This document shows positions 1 through 15,000 of a stretch of 64,000 nucleotides of DNA, piece by piece. How positions within the stretch are numbered: the first letter of the stretch is position 1; each line of letters begins with the position of its first letter. The position numbers and the translations under genes are program-made. Under the pieces are notes generated by a model. That model saw only the letters and a list, made by a program, of their open reading frames with translations. It was not told the DNA's origin and made no database searches. Where the stretch lies: positions 1 to 64,000 of the IMG/VR virus record IMGVR_UViG_3300020183_000008; one strand, written 5' to 3'. Source of the DNA: a virus.

Positions 1-1
1 T

Positions 2-3000
2 GGTTCCCTGAACTCCAGTAGTTCCTTGGACTCCGGTTACACCTTGGACTCCGGTTACACCTTGGACTCCTGTCGTGCCTTGGACTCCGGTTGCACCTTG
101 AACGCCTGTGGTACCTTGAACACCTGTCTGACCTTGGACTCCAGTAGTACCTTGAACACCAGTTACACCTTGAACGCCGGTTTCACCCTGAACACCTTGA
201 ACCCCTGTGGTTCCTTGGACTCCTGTCGTGCCCTGAACTCCGGTAGTTCCTTGGACTCCGGTAGTTCCTTGGACTCCGGTTACACCTTGAACCCCTGTAG
301 ATCCTTGGACACCAGTTTGACCTTGAACTCCGGTGGAGCCTTGCACACCTGTCGTGCCTTGAACACCGGTTGTACCCTGAACACCGGTTGTACCCTGAAC
401 TCCTGTTACACCTTGTACACCAGTGGCTCCTTGAACTCCGGTAGTTCCCTGAACACCTGTCGTACCTTGGACTCCAGTAGAGCCTTGGACTCCCTGAACA
501 CCTGTGGTTCCTTGGACTCCTGTCTGACCCTGAACACCGGTTTGACCTTGGACTCCCGTGTTTCCTTGGACTCCTTGGACTCCAGTTGCACCTTGAACCC
601 CAGTTTGACCTTGGACGCCCGTAGCACCTTGGACACCCGTGGATCCTTGAACTCCTGTCGTGCCTTGAACACCTGTTACTCCCTGAACACCAGTGACACC
701 TTGGACTCCGGTAGCTCCCTGAACACCAGTTGTGCCTTGAACACCGGTTGTACCCTGAACTCCGGTTACACCTTGAACTCCTGTAGATCCTTGGATGCCT
801 TGGACTCCAGTTACACCTTGTACACCTGTGGCACCTTGAACTCCCGTGGTTCCCTGAACACCTGTGGTTCCTTGGACTCCAGTAGTACCTTGGACTCCTG
901 TCGTACCTTGAACTCCGGTTGTGCCTTGAACTCCAGTGTTGCCTTGGACTCCTGTGGTTCCTTGAACACCTGTATTTCCTTGGACACCGGTCGCTCCTTG
1001 GACACCGGTCGCTCCTTGGACTCCAGTTACCCCCTGAACACCTGTAGCACCTTGGACTCCGGTGGCTCCTTGGACTCCGGTGGCTCCTTGGACTCCTTGG
1101 ACCCCAGTAGTACCTTGCACACCCGTTGCACCCTGAACACCTGTTGCACCCTGAACACCCGTTGCACCCTGAACACCTGTAGTTCCTTGGACGCCGGTGG
1201 TTCCTTGAACTCCCGTGGAGCCTTGGACACCTGTCGTGCCCTGAACACCCGTAACACCTTGAACTCCAGTATTTCCTTGAACCCCAGTATTACCTTGGAC
1301 TCCAGTATTACCTTGAACCCCTTGAACCCCAGTCTGACCTTGGACTCCTGTAGTTCCCTGAACACCGGTCGTGCCTTGAATACCGGTAGCCCCTTGGACT
1401 CCCGTAGATCCTTGGACACCGGTAGCCCCTTGAACTCCTGTGGTTCCCTGAACCCCAGTTTGACCTTGGACGCCCGTAGACCCCTGAACCCCAGTAGATC
1501 CCTGAACACCTGTCGCGCCTTGAACACCAGTGGCTCCCTGAATTCCCGTAGAGCCTTGAACACCGGTTGTGCCTTGAACACCTGTCTGACCTTGGACACC
1601 AGTCTGACCTTGAACACCGGTCGTACCTTGATTTCCTTGCACACCAGTTGTGCCCTGAACCCCTGTTACACCTTGTACTCCAGTTGCACCTTGAACACCG
1701 GTTGTGCCTTGAACACCTGTCTGACCTTGGACACCAGTCTGACCTTGAACACCGGTAGCTCCTTGGACGCCAGTAGTCCCCTGAACTCCGGTTACGCCTT
1801 GAACTCCGGTTGCACCCTGAACTCCTGTAGTTCCCTGTACACCTGTCGTGCCCTGTACACCTTGGACACCAGTTTCACCCTGAACACCTGTGGTGCCTTG
1901 AATACCTGTTCTACCTTGGACACCGGTTGTACCTTGGACTCCTGTCGTGCCCTGTACACCTGTGGCTCCTTGAACTCCGGTGAAACCTTGAACTCCCGTA
2001 GCTCCTTGGACGCCCGTGGTTCCCTGAACACCGGTAGCTCCTTGAACACCTGTGACACCTTGGACACCGGTCGTACCTTGGACACCTGTTGTGCCTTGGA
2101 CTCCAGTCTGACCTTGGACTCCTGTGGTTCCTTGGACACCTGTGACACCTTGGACACCAGTCGATCCTTGAACTCCAGTGGTACCTTGGACTCCAGTGGT
2201 ACCTTGGACACCTGTGACACCTTGCACCCCTGTGTTGCCTTGAACACCTGTCGTGCCCTGAACCCCTGTTACACCTTGGACTCCAGTAGCTCCTTGGACT
2301 CCAGTAGCTCCTTGGACTCCAGTGGCACCTTGAACACCAGTAGCTCCTTGGACGCCAGTAGCTCCTTGGACGCCAGTAGCTCCTTGGACACCTGTGGCTC
2401 CTTGGATTCCCGTCGCTCCTTGGACTCCCGTAGTTCCCTCAACACCTGTCGCACCTTGGACTCCAGTAGATCCCTGCACACCTGTAAAGCCTTGGATACC
2501 GGTTTCACCTTGCACTCCAGTAGTGCCTTGCAAACCTGTGGTTCCTTGGAACCCTGTCGCACCTTGAACACCTGTCTGACCTTGAACACCGGTAGTACCT
2601 TGAATACCTGTAGTACCTTGAATACCTTGAACACCAGTAGATCCTTGGACACCAGTGTTGCCTTGAACACCTGTGGTGCCCTGAATTCCTTGGACACCAG
2701 TGACACCTTGGACTCCTTGTACACCAGTAGCACCTTGCACTCCGGTTGCACCTTGAACTCCTGTCGCACCTTGAACACCTGTGGTTCCTTGTAATCCTGT
2801 TGCGCCTTGTACACCAGTTGCACCTTGAACGCCTGTCGCACCTTGGACTCCAGTGTCACCTTGAACACCAGTTTCACCTTGGACCCCAGTTGATCCCTGC
2901 ACTCCTGTGGATCCTTGGACTCCTTGGACACCTGTCTGTCCTTGGACTCCCGTAGTGCCTTGGACTCCTGTGGAGCCTTGAACACCTGTCGTGCCTTGTA

Positions 3001-6000
3001 CTCCGGTTGCACCTTGAACACCTGTAACACCTTGAACACCAGTCTGACCCTGAACACCGGTCGCGCCTTGAACACCGGTTGCACCTTGAACACCGGTTGC
3101 ACCTTGGACTCCTGTCGTGCCTTGGACACCTGTGGTTCCCTGTACACCTGTCGTGCCCTGTACACCTGTGGTTCCTTGAACACCTGTAGTTCCTTGGACA
3201 CCAGTCGATCCTTGGACACCAGTTGTTCCTTGGACTCCGGTTACACCTTGAACCCCTGTAGATCCTTGGACACCAGTCGATCCTTGGACACCCGTTTGAC
3301 CTTGGACTCCTTGGACACCAGTTGTTCCTTGGACACCAGTTACACCTTGTACACCTGTAACGCCCTGTACTCCTGTGTTTCCTTGAACTCCGGTTGCACC
3401 TTGGACTCCAGTATTTCCTTGAACTCCAGTCGCGCCCTGAATACCTGTATTGCCTTGGACTCCGGTTGTGCCCTGAACTCCAGTTACACCTTGGACTCCA
3501 GTAGATCCTTGAACACCAGTAGTGCCCTGAACTCCAGTGCTACCTTGAACACCGGTAGCTCCTTGAACTCCGGTAGTGCCTTGAACTCCGGTAGTGCCTT
3601 GAACTCCGGTAGTGCCTTGAACACCAGTTTGACCTTGTACACCTGTATTTCCCTGAACACCGGTTACACCTTGGACTCCGGTTACACCTTGGACTCCTTG
3701 GACACCAGTTACACCTTGAACCCCAGTATTTCCTTGAACTCCAGTATTTCCTTGAACTCCAGTCGAACCTTGAACCCCAGTAAATCCTTGGACACCCGTT
3801 GTACCTTGGACTCCTGTGGAGCCTTGTACTCCGGTCGTGCCCTGAATACCTGTTTGACCTTGAACACCGGTTACACCTTGGACTCCTGTAGTTCCCTGAA
3901 CCCCAGTTTGACCTTGAACTCCGGTTACACCTTGGACTCCTGTAGTTCCCTGAACCCCAGTTTGACCTTGAACTCCGGTTACACCTTGGACTCCTGTGGT
4001 TCCCTGAACTCCGGTTGCACCTTGAACTCCAGTGGCTCCCTGAACACCAGTCGTACCTTGGACTCCGGTTGCACCTTGGACTCCTGTGGTTCCCTGAACT
4101 CCAGTAGTTCCTTGGACTCCGGTTACACCTTGGACTCCGGTTACACCTTGGACTCCTGTCGTGCCTTGGACTCCGGTTGCACCTTGAACGCCTGTGGTAC
4201 CTTGAACACCTGTGGTTCCTTGGAGCCCTGTGGATCCTTGAACACCTGTAGATCCTTGGACACCCGTTTGACCTTGGACTCCTGTTACACCTTGAACACC
4301 TTGGACTCCTGTTACACCTTGGACTCCCGTTGAGCCTTGTACTCCAGTTGAACCTTGAACACCGGTTGCACCTCGGATACCTGTAACACCTTGAACACCG
4401 GTTGCACCTTGGATACCTGTAACACCTTGAACACCTGTAACACCTTGGACTCCAGTTTCACCTTGAACACCTGTGGTTCCTTGGACACCGGTTCTACCTT
4501 GTACACCAGTTGTGCCCTGAACTCCTGTCACCCCTTGGACTCCAGTTTCACCCTGTACACCTGTGGTTCCTTGAACACCTGTAGTTCCTTGGACCCCAGT
4601 CGATCCTTGGACTCCTTGGACCCCAGTAGTACCTTGCACACCCGTTGCACCCTGAACACCTGTAGTTCCTTGAACACCTGTAGTTCCTTGAACACCAGTT
4701 GAGCCTTGGACTCCCGTAGTTCCCTGAACACCTGTCGTGCCTTGAACACCTGTTACACCTTGAACACCGGTTTGACCTTGTACTCCAGTGGCACCTTGGA
4801 CACCTGTAACACCTTGTACTCCGGTTACACCCTGAACACCTGTCGTGCCTTGGACTCCGGTTGCACCTTGAACACCTGTAACACCTTGAACACCTGTCGT
4901 GCCTTGAACACCGGTTGTACCCTGAACACCTGTCGTGCCTTGGACTCCTGTCGTACCTTGAACACCAGTGGCTCCTTGAACTCCGGTAGTTCCCTGAACA
5001 CCTGTCGTACCTTGGACTCCAGTAGAGCCTTGGACACCTGTGGTTCCCTGAACACCTGTGGTTCCTTGAACACCAGTTGAGCCTTGGACTCCCGTAGTTC
5101 CTTGAACACCCGTTGCACCTTGGACTCCTGTATTTCCTTGAACACCCTGAAGACCCGTTGTGCCTTGAATTCCTGTCATTCCCTGAACACCGGTTGCACC
5201 TTGGACACCTGTAGTCCCTTGAACTCCAGTGGCTCCTTGAACTCCGGTTACACCTTGAACACCTGTGGTTCCTTGGACACCTGTGGTTCCTTGTAACCCT
5301 GTGATGCCTTGAACTCCCGTGGAGCCTTGGACTCCGGTAGATCCTTGAACACCCGTGAAGCCTTGGACTCCAGTAGATCCTTGAACTCCCGTGGATCCTT
5401 GGATGCCAGTCGTACCTTGGACTCCGGTTACACCTTGGACTCCAGTGGCTCCTTGAACTCCTGTCGTGCCTTGGACTCCGGTCTGACCCTGGACTCCGGT
5501 TGCACCTTGAACACCAGTTGAGCCTTGCACTCCTGTGGTTCCCTGAACACCTGTGACTCCTTGGACACCCGTGGATCCTTGAACTCCTGTCTGCCCTTGT
5601 ACTCCCGTGGATCCTTGGACACCAGTGGATCCTTGCACTCCAGTAGTTCCTTGGACACCAGTGGATCCTTGCACTCCAGTAGTGCCTTGGACACCAGTGG
5701 ATCCTTGCACTCCAGTAGTTCCTTGGACTCCTGTGGCTCCTTGGACTCCTGTGGCTCCTTGGACTCCTGTGGCTCCTTGGACACCCGTGGCTCCTTGGAC
5801 TCCTGTGGCTCCTTGGACTCCTGTGGCTCCTTGGACTCCTGTAGCCCCATCAACACCAAACACACCCGTAGCCCCTTGGACTCCGGTTGCACCTTGAACA
5901 CCTGTAGTCCCTTGAACCCCAGTAACACCCATGTCACCAGCGGGTGCAAAAGAAACTACAACTTGCTGTCCGTTGACGAAATTGTTGGATGCATCAACGT

Positions 6001-9000
6001 AGTTTACGGTGATAATTCTCCAGTTAGAACCTCCAAACCCTGTACCATTTGTTACATTCGTAACTTTGAATTTAGCATAAACAGTCTGGTCGCTTCCTAA
6101 GTGGAAAATCAAATAGCCCTTAGTAGGATTCGTTGATTGTTTCCAAGAATCTAACCAACCTGAAACAGATGGATCGAGAGAGTCTAAGTTATTGAAAACA
6201 TCGATATAGATGAATCCAGGATTCATCGAGCTGACTGTACCAGATGAAAATCTAAAGTATGACCCACCTGGACGCGAGGCTGATGTACTGTCGGAGAAGT
6301 AATAATATTCACTATAACCGCTTATAGGACCTTGGCTTCCAGTGACACCTTGGACACCTGTAGCTCCTTGGATGCCTGTGGTACCTTGGACTCCAGTAGT
6401 ACCATCGATTCCGCGAACACCAGTTAAACCCTGAACTCCTGTTTGACCTTGAACACCGGTTTCACCTTGGACTCCAGTTACACCTTGAATTCCCTGAACA
6501 CCTGTCGTGCCTTGGACACCAGTGGCACCTTGGATGCCAGTTTCACCTTGGATCCCCGTGGTGCCTTGAACTCCTGTCTCACCTTGCACACCAGTGCTTC
6601 CCTGAACTCCTGTGGTGCCTTGGACGCCCGTAGCACCCTGTACACCTGTAGCACCCTGTACACCCGTAGCTCCCTGAACACCTGTGGCTCCTTGGACTCC
6701 AGTAGCTCCTTGGACGCCCGTAGCTCCCTGAACACCTGTGGCTCCTTGGACGCCCGTAGCTCCTTGGACGCCCGTAGCTCCTTGGACGCCCGTAGCTCCT
6801 TGGACGCCCGTAGCTCCTTGGATGCCTGTAGCTCCTTGGACTCCTGTTGTGCCTTGAATTCCGGTTTGACCTTGGACTCCCGTAGCCCCTTGGACACCAG
6901 TCTGACCTTGGACTCCTGTGGCTCCTTGGACTCCGGTTACGCCTTGCACCCCTGTCTCACCTTGAACACCAGTAGCACCTTGAACTCCGGTTGTGCCTTG
7001 AACTCCAGTGTTGCCTTGGACTCCTGTCGTGCCTTGAACTCCGGTTGTGCCTTGAACTCCAGTGTTGCCTTGGACTCCTGTCGTGCCTTGAACTCCAGTG
7101 GAACCTTGGACTCCCGTAGCTCCTTGAACACCAGTGGAACCTTGGACTCCCGTAGCTCCTTGAACACCAGTGGAACCTTGAACCCCCGTAGCTCCCTGAA
7201 CACCTGTTGTGCCTTGGACACCTGTGGTGCCTTGGACTCCAGTAGCTCCTTGGACACCTGCCGTGCCCTGAACCCCTGTTACACCTTGTACTCCAGTAGC
7301 TCCTTGGACTCCAGTAGCTCCTTGGACTCCTTGGACTCCTGTCGCTCCTTGGACTCCTGTCGTGCCTTGGACTCCAGTAGCTCCTTGGACACCTGTTACA
7401 CCTTGGACTCCAGTAGCACCTTGCACACCCGTTGCACCCTGAACACCGGTTGTACCCTGAACTCCTGTCGTGCCTTGGACTCCCGTGGTTCCTTGGACTC
7501 CAGTCGTCCCTTGTACACCGGTTTGACCTTGAATACCCGTAGATCCTTGGACACCTGTGGCTCCTTGGACTCCTGTCGCTCCTTGGACTCCTGTTGTGCC
7601 TTGGACTCCAGTAGCTCCTTGGACACCTGTTACACCTTGGACTCCAGTCGTACCCTGAACTCCAGTAAATCCTTGGATCCCTGTTTGACCTTGGACTCCA
7701 GTAGTTCCTTGGACTCCCGTTGTTCCCTGAATACCTGTGTTACCTTGGACTCCCGTCGTGCCTTGAATCCCGGTGGAGCCTTCAACTCCTGTCGTACCTT
7801 GGACACCGGTTACACCCTGAACCCCAGTCGCTCCTTGAACACCGGTTGTGCCTTGCACTCCCGTTGCACCCTGAACCCCAGTTGCTCCCTGAACACCGGT
7901 TGAGCCTTGCACTCCCGTTGCACCTTGAACTCCTGTCGTACCTTGGATACCGGTGACCCCTTGGACTCCGGTTAGACCTTGAACACCGGTGGTTCCTTGA
8001 ACTCCAGTAGCTCCTTGAACTCCAGTATTTCCTTGGACACCGGTGACCCCTTGGACTCCGGTTAGACCTTGAACACCGGTGGTTCCTTGAACTCCTTGGA
8101 CTCCGGTAGCTCCTTGAACTCCAGTATTTCCTTGGACACCTGTGGTGCCTTGGACTCCGGTAGCTCCTTGAACTCCAGTATTTCCTTGGACACCGGTGGT
8201 TCCTTGAACTCCAGTGGCTCCTTGGACACCTGTGGTGCCTTGGACTCCAGTTACACCTTGAACTCCCGTAGTTCCTTGAACTCCAGTAGCTCCTTGAACT
8301 CCAGTTGTACCTTGGACACCAGTAGCTCCTTGGACACCTGTTACGCCTTGGACTCCGGTTGCACCTTGAACCCCAGTGGTTCCCTGAACGCCTGTTGTGC
8401 CTTGGACTCCGGTAGCTCCTTGGATTCCGGTAGCTCCTTGGACTCCGGTAGCTCCTTGAACTCCAGTATTTCCTTGGACACCTGTGGTGCCTTGGACTCC
8501 CGTGGAGCCTTGGACACCTGTCGTGCCCTGAACACCCGTAACACCTTGAACTCCAGTATTTCCTTGGACACCGGTGGTTCCTTGAACTCCCGTGGAGCCT
8601 TGGACACCTGTCGTGCCCTGAACACCCGTAACACCTTGAACTCCAGTATTTCCTTGAACACCGGTCATTCCTTGGATACCCGTTGTTCCTTGGACACCTG
8701 TCGTGCCCTGAACACCCGTAACACCTTGAACTCCAGTATTTCCTTGAACACCGGTCATTCCTTGGATACCCGTTGTTCCTTGAACACCTGTCTGTCCTTG
8801 AAGACCTGTCTGACCTTGAACTCCCGTGGTTCCTTGAACTCCGGTTACACCTTGGACTCCGATTACGCCCTGAACTCCGGTTACACCCTGAACTCCGGTC
8901 GTGCCTTGAACTCCTTGGACACCTGTCGCACCTTGGACACCAGTAGCACCTTGAACACCAGTAGTGCCCTGAACTCCAGTGCTACCTTGAACACCGGTAG

Positions 9001-12000
9001 CTCCTTGAACACCGGTAGCTCCTTGAACTCCGGTAGTGCCTTGAATACCAGTCGTGCCTTGAATACCAGTCGTGCCTTGAATACCGGTTTCACCTTGGAC
9101 ACCAGTTGCACCTTGGACACCAGTTGTACCTTGGACACCGGTTACCCCTTGAATCCCCTGTACACCTGTGGATCCTTGCACACCGGTTGAGCCTTGAACA
9201 CCTGTCGTACCCTGGACACCAGTGGTTCCTTGAACTCCAGTGAACCCTTGAATACCTGTTACACCTTGGACTCCGGTTTCACCTTGTACACCTGTGGCTC
9301 CTTGAACTCCCGTGGAACCTTGAACTCCCGTAGCTCCTTGAACTCCTGTGGTTCCTTGAACTCCTGTGGTTCCTTGAACTCCCGTGGTTCCCTGAACACC
9401 AGTTACTCCTTGGACACCAGTTGCACCTTGGACACCAGTAGCACCTTGGACACCAGTTGCACCTTGGACACCTGTTTCACCCTGAATACCAGTCTGACCT
9501 TGCACACCTGTGGTGCCTTGGACTCCGGTAGTGCCTTGAACACCTGTGGTTCCTTGGACCCCTGTGGATCCCTGAACACCTGTGGTTCCTTGGACTCCAG
9601 TGGCACCCTGTACACCTGTAGATCCTTGAACTCCAGTGGAACCTTGAACTCCCGTAGCTCCTTGAACTCCAGTGGAACCTTGAACTCCCGTAGCTCCTTG
9701 AACACCCGTTGCACCTTGCACTCCAGTAGACCCTTGAACTCCGGTTGTGCCTTGCACTCCTGTTTCACCTTGGACTCCTTGAACACCAGTAGCTCCTTGA
9801 ACTCCTGTAGTTCCCTGAACACCAGTTTGACCTTGGACTCCGGTTTCACCTTGAACTCCTTGAACACCAGTTGTACCTTGCACTCCAGTCTGACCTTGGA
9901 CACCTGTCGTGCCTTGAACTCCTTGAACACCAGTTGTGCCTTGGACTCCGGTTGCCCCTTGAACCCCTGTAAATCCTTGAACACCTGTTAAACCCTGAAC
10001 TCCTTGAACACCTGTTAAACCCTGTACACCGGTTGTACCATCTACACCAAAAACACCGGTTGCACCCTGAACACCGGTTGTTCCAAAATCGCCTGCCGGT
10101 GCAAATGAGACGATCAATTCCTGATTATTTTGGAAAAGGTTTGATGCATCAACATAATTAACGGTAACGATTCTCCAGTTCGTTCCACCTAGACCTGTTC
10201 CATTTTCAACATTCAGAATTCTAAATTTTGCATAAATAGTCTGATTGTCACCTAGGTGGAAAATCAAATAACCTTTAGTAGGATTTGTTGATTGTTTCCA
10301 AGAGTCCAACCAACGATATACGGACTCATCGAGATTCGATGCAGTAAAGGCATCGATATAAACAAATCCTGGTGTCATCGTAGCCGGATTTGCCGCTGAA
10401 AATCTTACGAATGATGCACCAGGTCTTGATGCTGTGGTGCTAGTTGAAAATTTGTAATATTCACTATTTCCGCTGATAGGTCCTCGGTTACCTGTAGGTC
10501 CTTGCAAACCTGTGGCACCTTGGATTCCTGTTGTACCTTGAACTCCAGTCAAACCCTGAATTCCGGTGATCCCCTGAACACCAGTTTCACCTTGGACACC
10601 TGTGGCACCTTGAATTCCAGTGTCACCCTGAACTCCAGTTAAACCCTGAACTCCTTGGACACCTGTAGCTCCTTGGATTCCAGTTTCTCCTGTGCCTTGA
10701 ATACCTGTGGCTCCTTGAACACCCGTGCCACCACCAGGGATACCCGTAGCACCTTGGATTCCAGTTTCACCCTGTACCCCCTGTACCCCCGTGGTTCCTT
10801 GGACTCCTGTTGTGCCTTGGACTCCTGTCGTGCCTTGGACTCCTGTCGTGCCTTGGACTCCAGTAGTTCCCTGAACACCTGTCGTGCCTTGGACGCCAGT
10901 GGCACCTTGAATACCTGTTAAGCCAACTGGACCTTGAATACCGATTTGACCTGTCGCACCTTGAACGCCAGTAGACCCTTGCACTCCCGTGGTGCCTTGA
11001 ACGCCTGTTACACCTTGAACCCCTGTAGATCCTTGGACACCAGTAGATCCTTGAACACCAGTAGATCCTTGGACACCTGTAGCACCTTGAACACCAGTCT
11101 CACCTTGGACACCAGTATTACCTTGAATACCTGTGGAGCCTTGGACTCCAGTTTCACCTTGGATACCAGTCTCACCTTGCACCCCTGTGGAGCCTTGAAC
11201 ACCGGTTTCACCTTGGACTCCAGTGTTGCCTTGGACTCCTGTCGTGCCTTGAACTCCAGTGGAACCTTGGACTCCCGTAGCTCCTTGAACACCAGTGGAA
11301 CCTTGGACTCCCGTAGCTCCTTGAACACCAGTGGAACCTTGAACCCCCGTAGCTCCCTGAACACCTGTGGTTCCTTGGACTCCAGTAGCTCCTTGGACTC
11401 CAGTAGCTCCTTGGACTCCAGTAGCTCCTTGAACTCCAGTAGCTCCTTGAACTCCCGTAGCACCCTGAACACCTGTTGCACCCTGCACACCTGTCGTGCC
11501 TTGGACACCTGTGGTGCCTTGGACTCCAGTAGCTCCTTGGACACCTGTCGTGCCCTGAACCCCTGTTACACCTTGTACTCCCGTTGCACCCTGAACACCT
11601 GTCGTGCCTTGTACACCTGTGGTTCCTTGGACTCCAGTAGCTCCTTGGACTCCAGTCGTCCCTTGTACACCGGTTTGACCTTGAATACCCGTAGATCCTT
11701 GGACACCCGTGGCTCCTTGGACTCCTGTCGCTCCTTGGACTCCTGTCGTGCCTTGGACTCCAGTAGCTCCTTGGACACCTGTTACACCTTGGACTCCAGT
11801 AGCACCTTGCACACCCGTTGCACCCTGAACACCGGTTGTACCCTGAACTCCTGTCGTGCCTTGGACTCCCGTGGTTCCTTGGACTCCTGTCGTTCCTTGG
11901 ACCCCTGTGGATCCCTGAACCCCCGTGCTTCCTTGAACCCCAGTAGATCCCTGAACACCTGTCGCGCCTTGAACACCAGTGAAGCCTTGGACTCCTGTGG

Positions 12001-15000
12001 TGCCTTGAACTCCTGTAACACCTTGCACTCCTGTCGTGCCTTGCACACCGGTTGCACCTTGAACTCCTGTCGAACCTTGGACACCGGTTGCACCTTGGAC
12101 TCCTGTCGTGCCTTGGACTCCGGTTGCACCTTGAACGCCTGTGGTACCTTGAACACCTGTCTGACCTTGGACTCCAGTAGTACCTTGGACTCCTGTTGCC
12201 CCTTGGACACCAGTATCTCCTTGCACACCCCGAACACCGGTCTGACCTTGGACTCCAGTAGCACCTTGGACACCAGTTGAGCCTTGAACTCCAGTTAAAC
12301 CAACCGGACCTTGAATACCTATTTGACCAGTAGCACCTTGGACACCAGTTGCACCTTGAATACCGGTTGTGCCTTGCACTCCTGTGGTGCCTTGTACTCC
12401 CGTTGTTCCCTGAATACCCGTTGCACCTTGCACTCCAGTAGACCCTTGAACTCCGGTTGTGCCTTGCACTCCTGTTTCACCTTGCACACCTGTCGTGCCT
12501 TGTACTCCCGTTGTTCCCTGAATACCCGTTGCACCTTGCACTCCAGTAGACCCTTGAACTCCGGTTGTGCCTTGCACTCCTGTTTCACCTTGCACACCTG
12601 TCGTGCCTTGGACACCCGTTGCACCTTGCACTCCAGTAGACCCTTGAACACCCGTAGTGCCTTGGACTCCGGTAGCTCCTTGGACTCCAGTTGCACCTTG
12701 AACACCAGTCGTACCTTGGACTCCTGTGGTGCCTTGAACACCAGTTACTCCCTGAACTCCCGTAGCTCCCTGAACACCTGTCGTACCTTGGACTCCTGTA
12801 GCACCCTGAACACCTGTCGCGCCTTGAACACCAGTGAAGCCTTGGACTCCTGTGGTGCCTTGAACACCTGTAGTGCCTTGAACACCAGTTTCACCTTGGA
12901 CACCTGTTGTGCCTTGAACACCTGTAGTGCCTTGAACCCCAGTTTGACCTTGAACTCCGGTGGAGCCTTGCACACCTGTCGTGCCTTGAACACCGGTTGT
13001 ACCCTGAACACCGGTTGTACCCTGAACTCCTGTTACACCTTGTACACCAGTCGAACCCTGGACTCCTGTGGATCCTTGGACTCCAGTGTTACCTTGAACA
13101 CCAGTAGCTCCTTGGACTCCGGTTACACCTTGGACTCCCGTAGTGCCTTGGACACCCGTTGCACCTTGGACTCCGGTATTTCCTTGAACACCTGTGAATC
13201 CTTGCACACCAGTTAAACCAACAGGACCTTGAGTACCTATCTGACCGGTGACTCCTTGAACTCCTGTAGATCCTTGGACTCCGGTAGTACCCTGAACACC
13301 CTGAACACCGGTTGCACCTTGGACTCCCGTTGTGCCCTGTACTCCAGTAGCTCCTTGAACACCTGTGGTGCCTTGAATTCCGGTGGCACCCTGAACTCCG
13401 GTTACGCCTTGGACACCCGTCTCACCTTGAACTCCGGTGGTGCCTTGGACACCCGTGGTTCCTTGGACACCAGTTACACCTTGGACTCCAGTTTGTCCTT
13501 GAACACCCGTAGCACCCTCAACTCCGGTTGCACCTTGGACTCCAGTGGCACCCTGTACACCGGTGGTGCCTTGGACTCCAGTAGTTCCTTGGACTCCCGT
13601 TGTTCCCTGAATACCTGTGTTACCTTGGACTCCCGTCGTGCCTTGAATCCCGGTGGAGCCTTCAACTCCTGTCGCTCCTTGGACACCTGTTGTGCCTTGG
13701 ACTCCAGTTGTGCCTTGTACCCCAGTTTGACCTTGAACACCAGTTGAGCCTTGGACACCTGTAGTTCCCTGAACACCTGTCGCGCCTTGGACTCCTGTAT
13801 TTCCTTGAACACCTGTAGAACCTTGAACACCAGTCTGACCTTGGACACCTGTAGCTCCTTGAACACCAGTGGTTCCCTGAACACCGGTAGTTCCCTGAAC
13901 ACCAGTCTGACCTTGAACACCAGTAGTTCCATGAACACCAGTAGTTCCCTGAACACCAGTTACTCCTTGAAATCCAGTCTGACCTTGAACACCAGTAGCA
14001 CCTTGCACTCCTGTCGTGCCTTGGACTCCAGTTACGCCTTGGACTCCTGTCGTGCCTTGGACTCCCGTGGTGCCTTGCACTCCTGTCGTGCCTTGGACTC
14101 CAGTTACGCCTTGGACTCCTGTCGTGCCTTGGACTCCTGTCTGACCTTGGACACCAGTTACACCTTGTACACCGGTTACACCCTGTACTCCTGTGTTTCC
14201 TTGAACCCCAGTAGATCCCTGAACACCTGTCGCGCCTTGAACACCAGTGGCTCCCTGAATTCCCGTAGAGCCTTGAACTCCAGTTTCTCCTTGAATTCCT
14301 TGAACTCCGGTAGATCCTTGGACTCCTGTCTGACCCTGAATACCTGCCACACCCTGAACACCAGTAGCACCTTGATCACCTGCTGGAGCAAAGGTTACAA
14401 TCAACTGTTGACCATCTACGAACAAATCGGATGCATCGACATATTCAACCGTAACAAGACGCCAGTTTTCCCCACCGAAGCCGCTTCCATTTTCAACGCT
14501 AATAACTTTGAATTTTACGTAAACACTTTGATCATCACCTAGGTGGAAAATCAAATAACCCTTGGTGGAATTAGTTGCACTATCCCAACTATCGATCCAC
14601 GCCGCGACCGAAGGATCAAGAGATCCTTGGTTCGTAAAGGCATCGATATAAACGTAGCCTGGAGTCATCGAACTTGGGTCATCCGATGAAAATTTCACAT
14701 AAGTTCCACCAGGACGTGTTGCACTCGTATCTGAAGAGAATATGTAATATTCACTATACCCGCTGATAGGTCCTCGGTTACCGGTGACACCTTGGACACC
14801 GGTTGCACCTTGAATACCGGTCATTCCTTGAACACCGGTCATTCCTTGAACACCCTGAACACCGGTCGTACCTTGGACACCGGTTGCACCTTGCACTCCA
14901 GTCTCACCTTGTACACCGGTATCACCTTGTACACCTTGAACACCGGTCGTACCTTGGACACCGGTTGCACCTTGCACTCCAGTCTCACCTTGGACACCAG

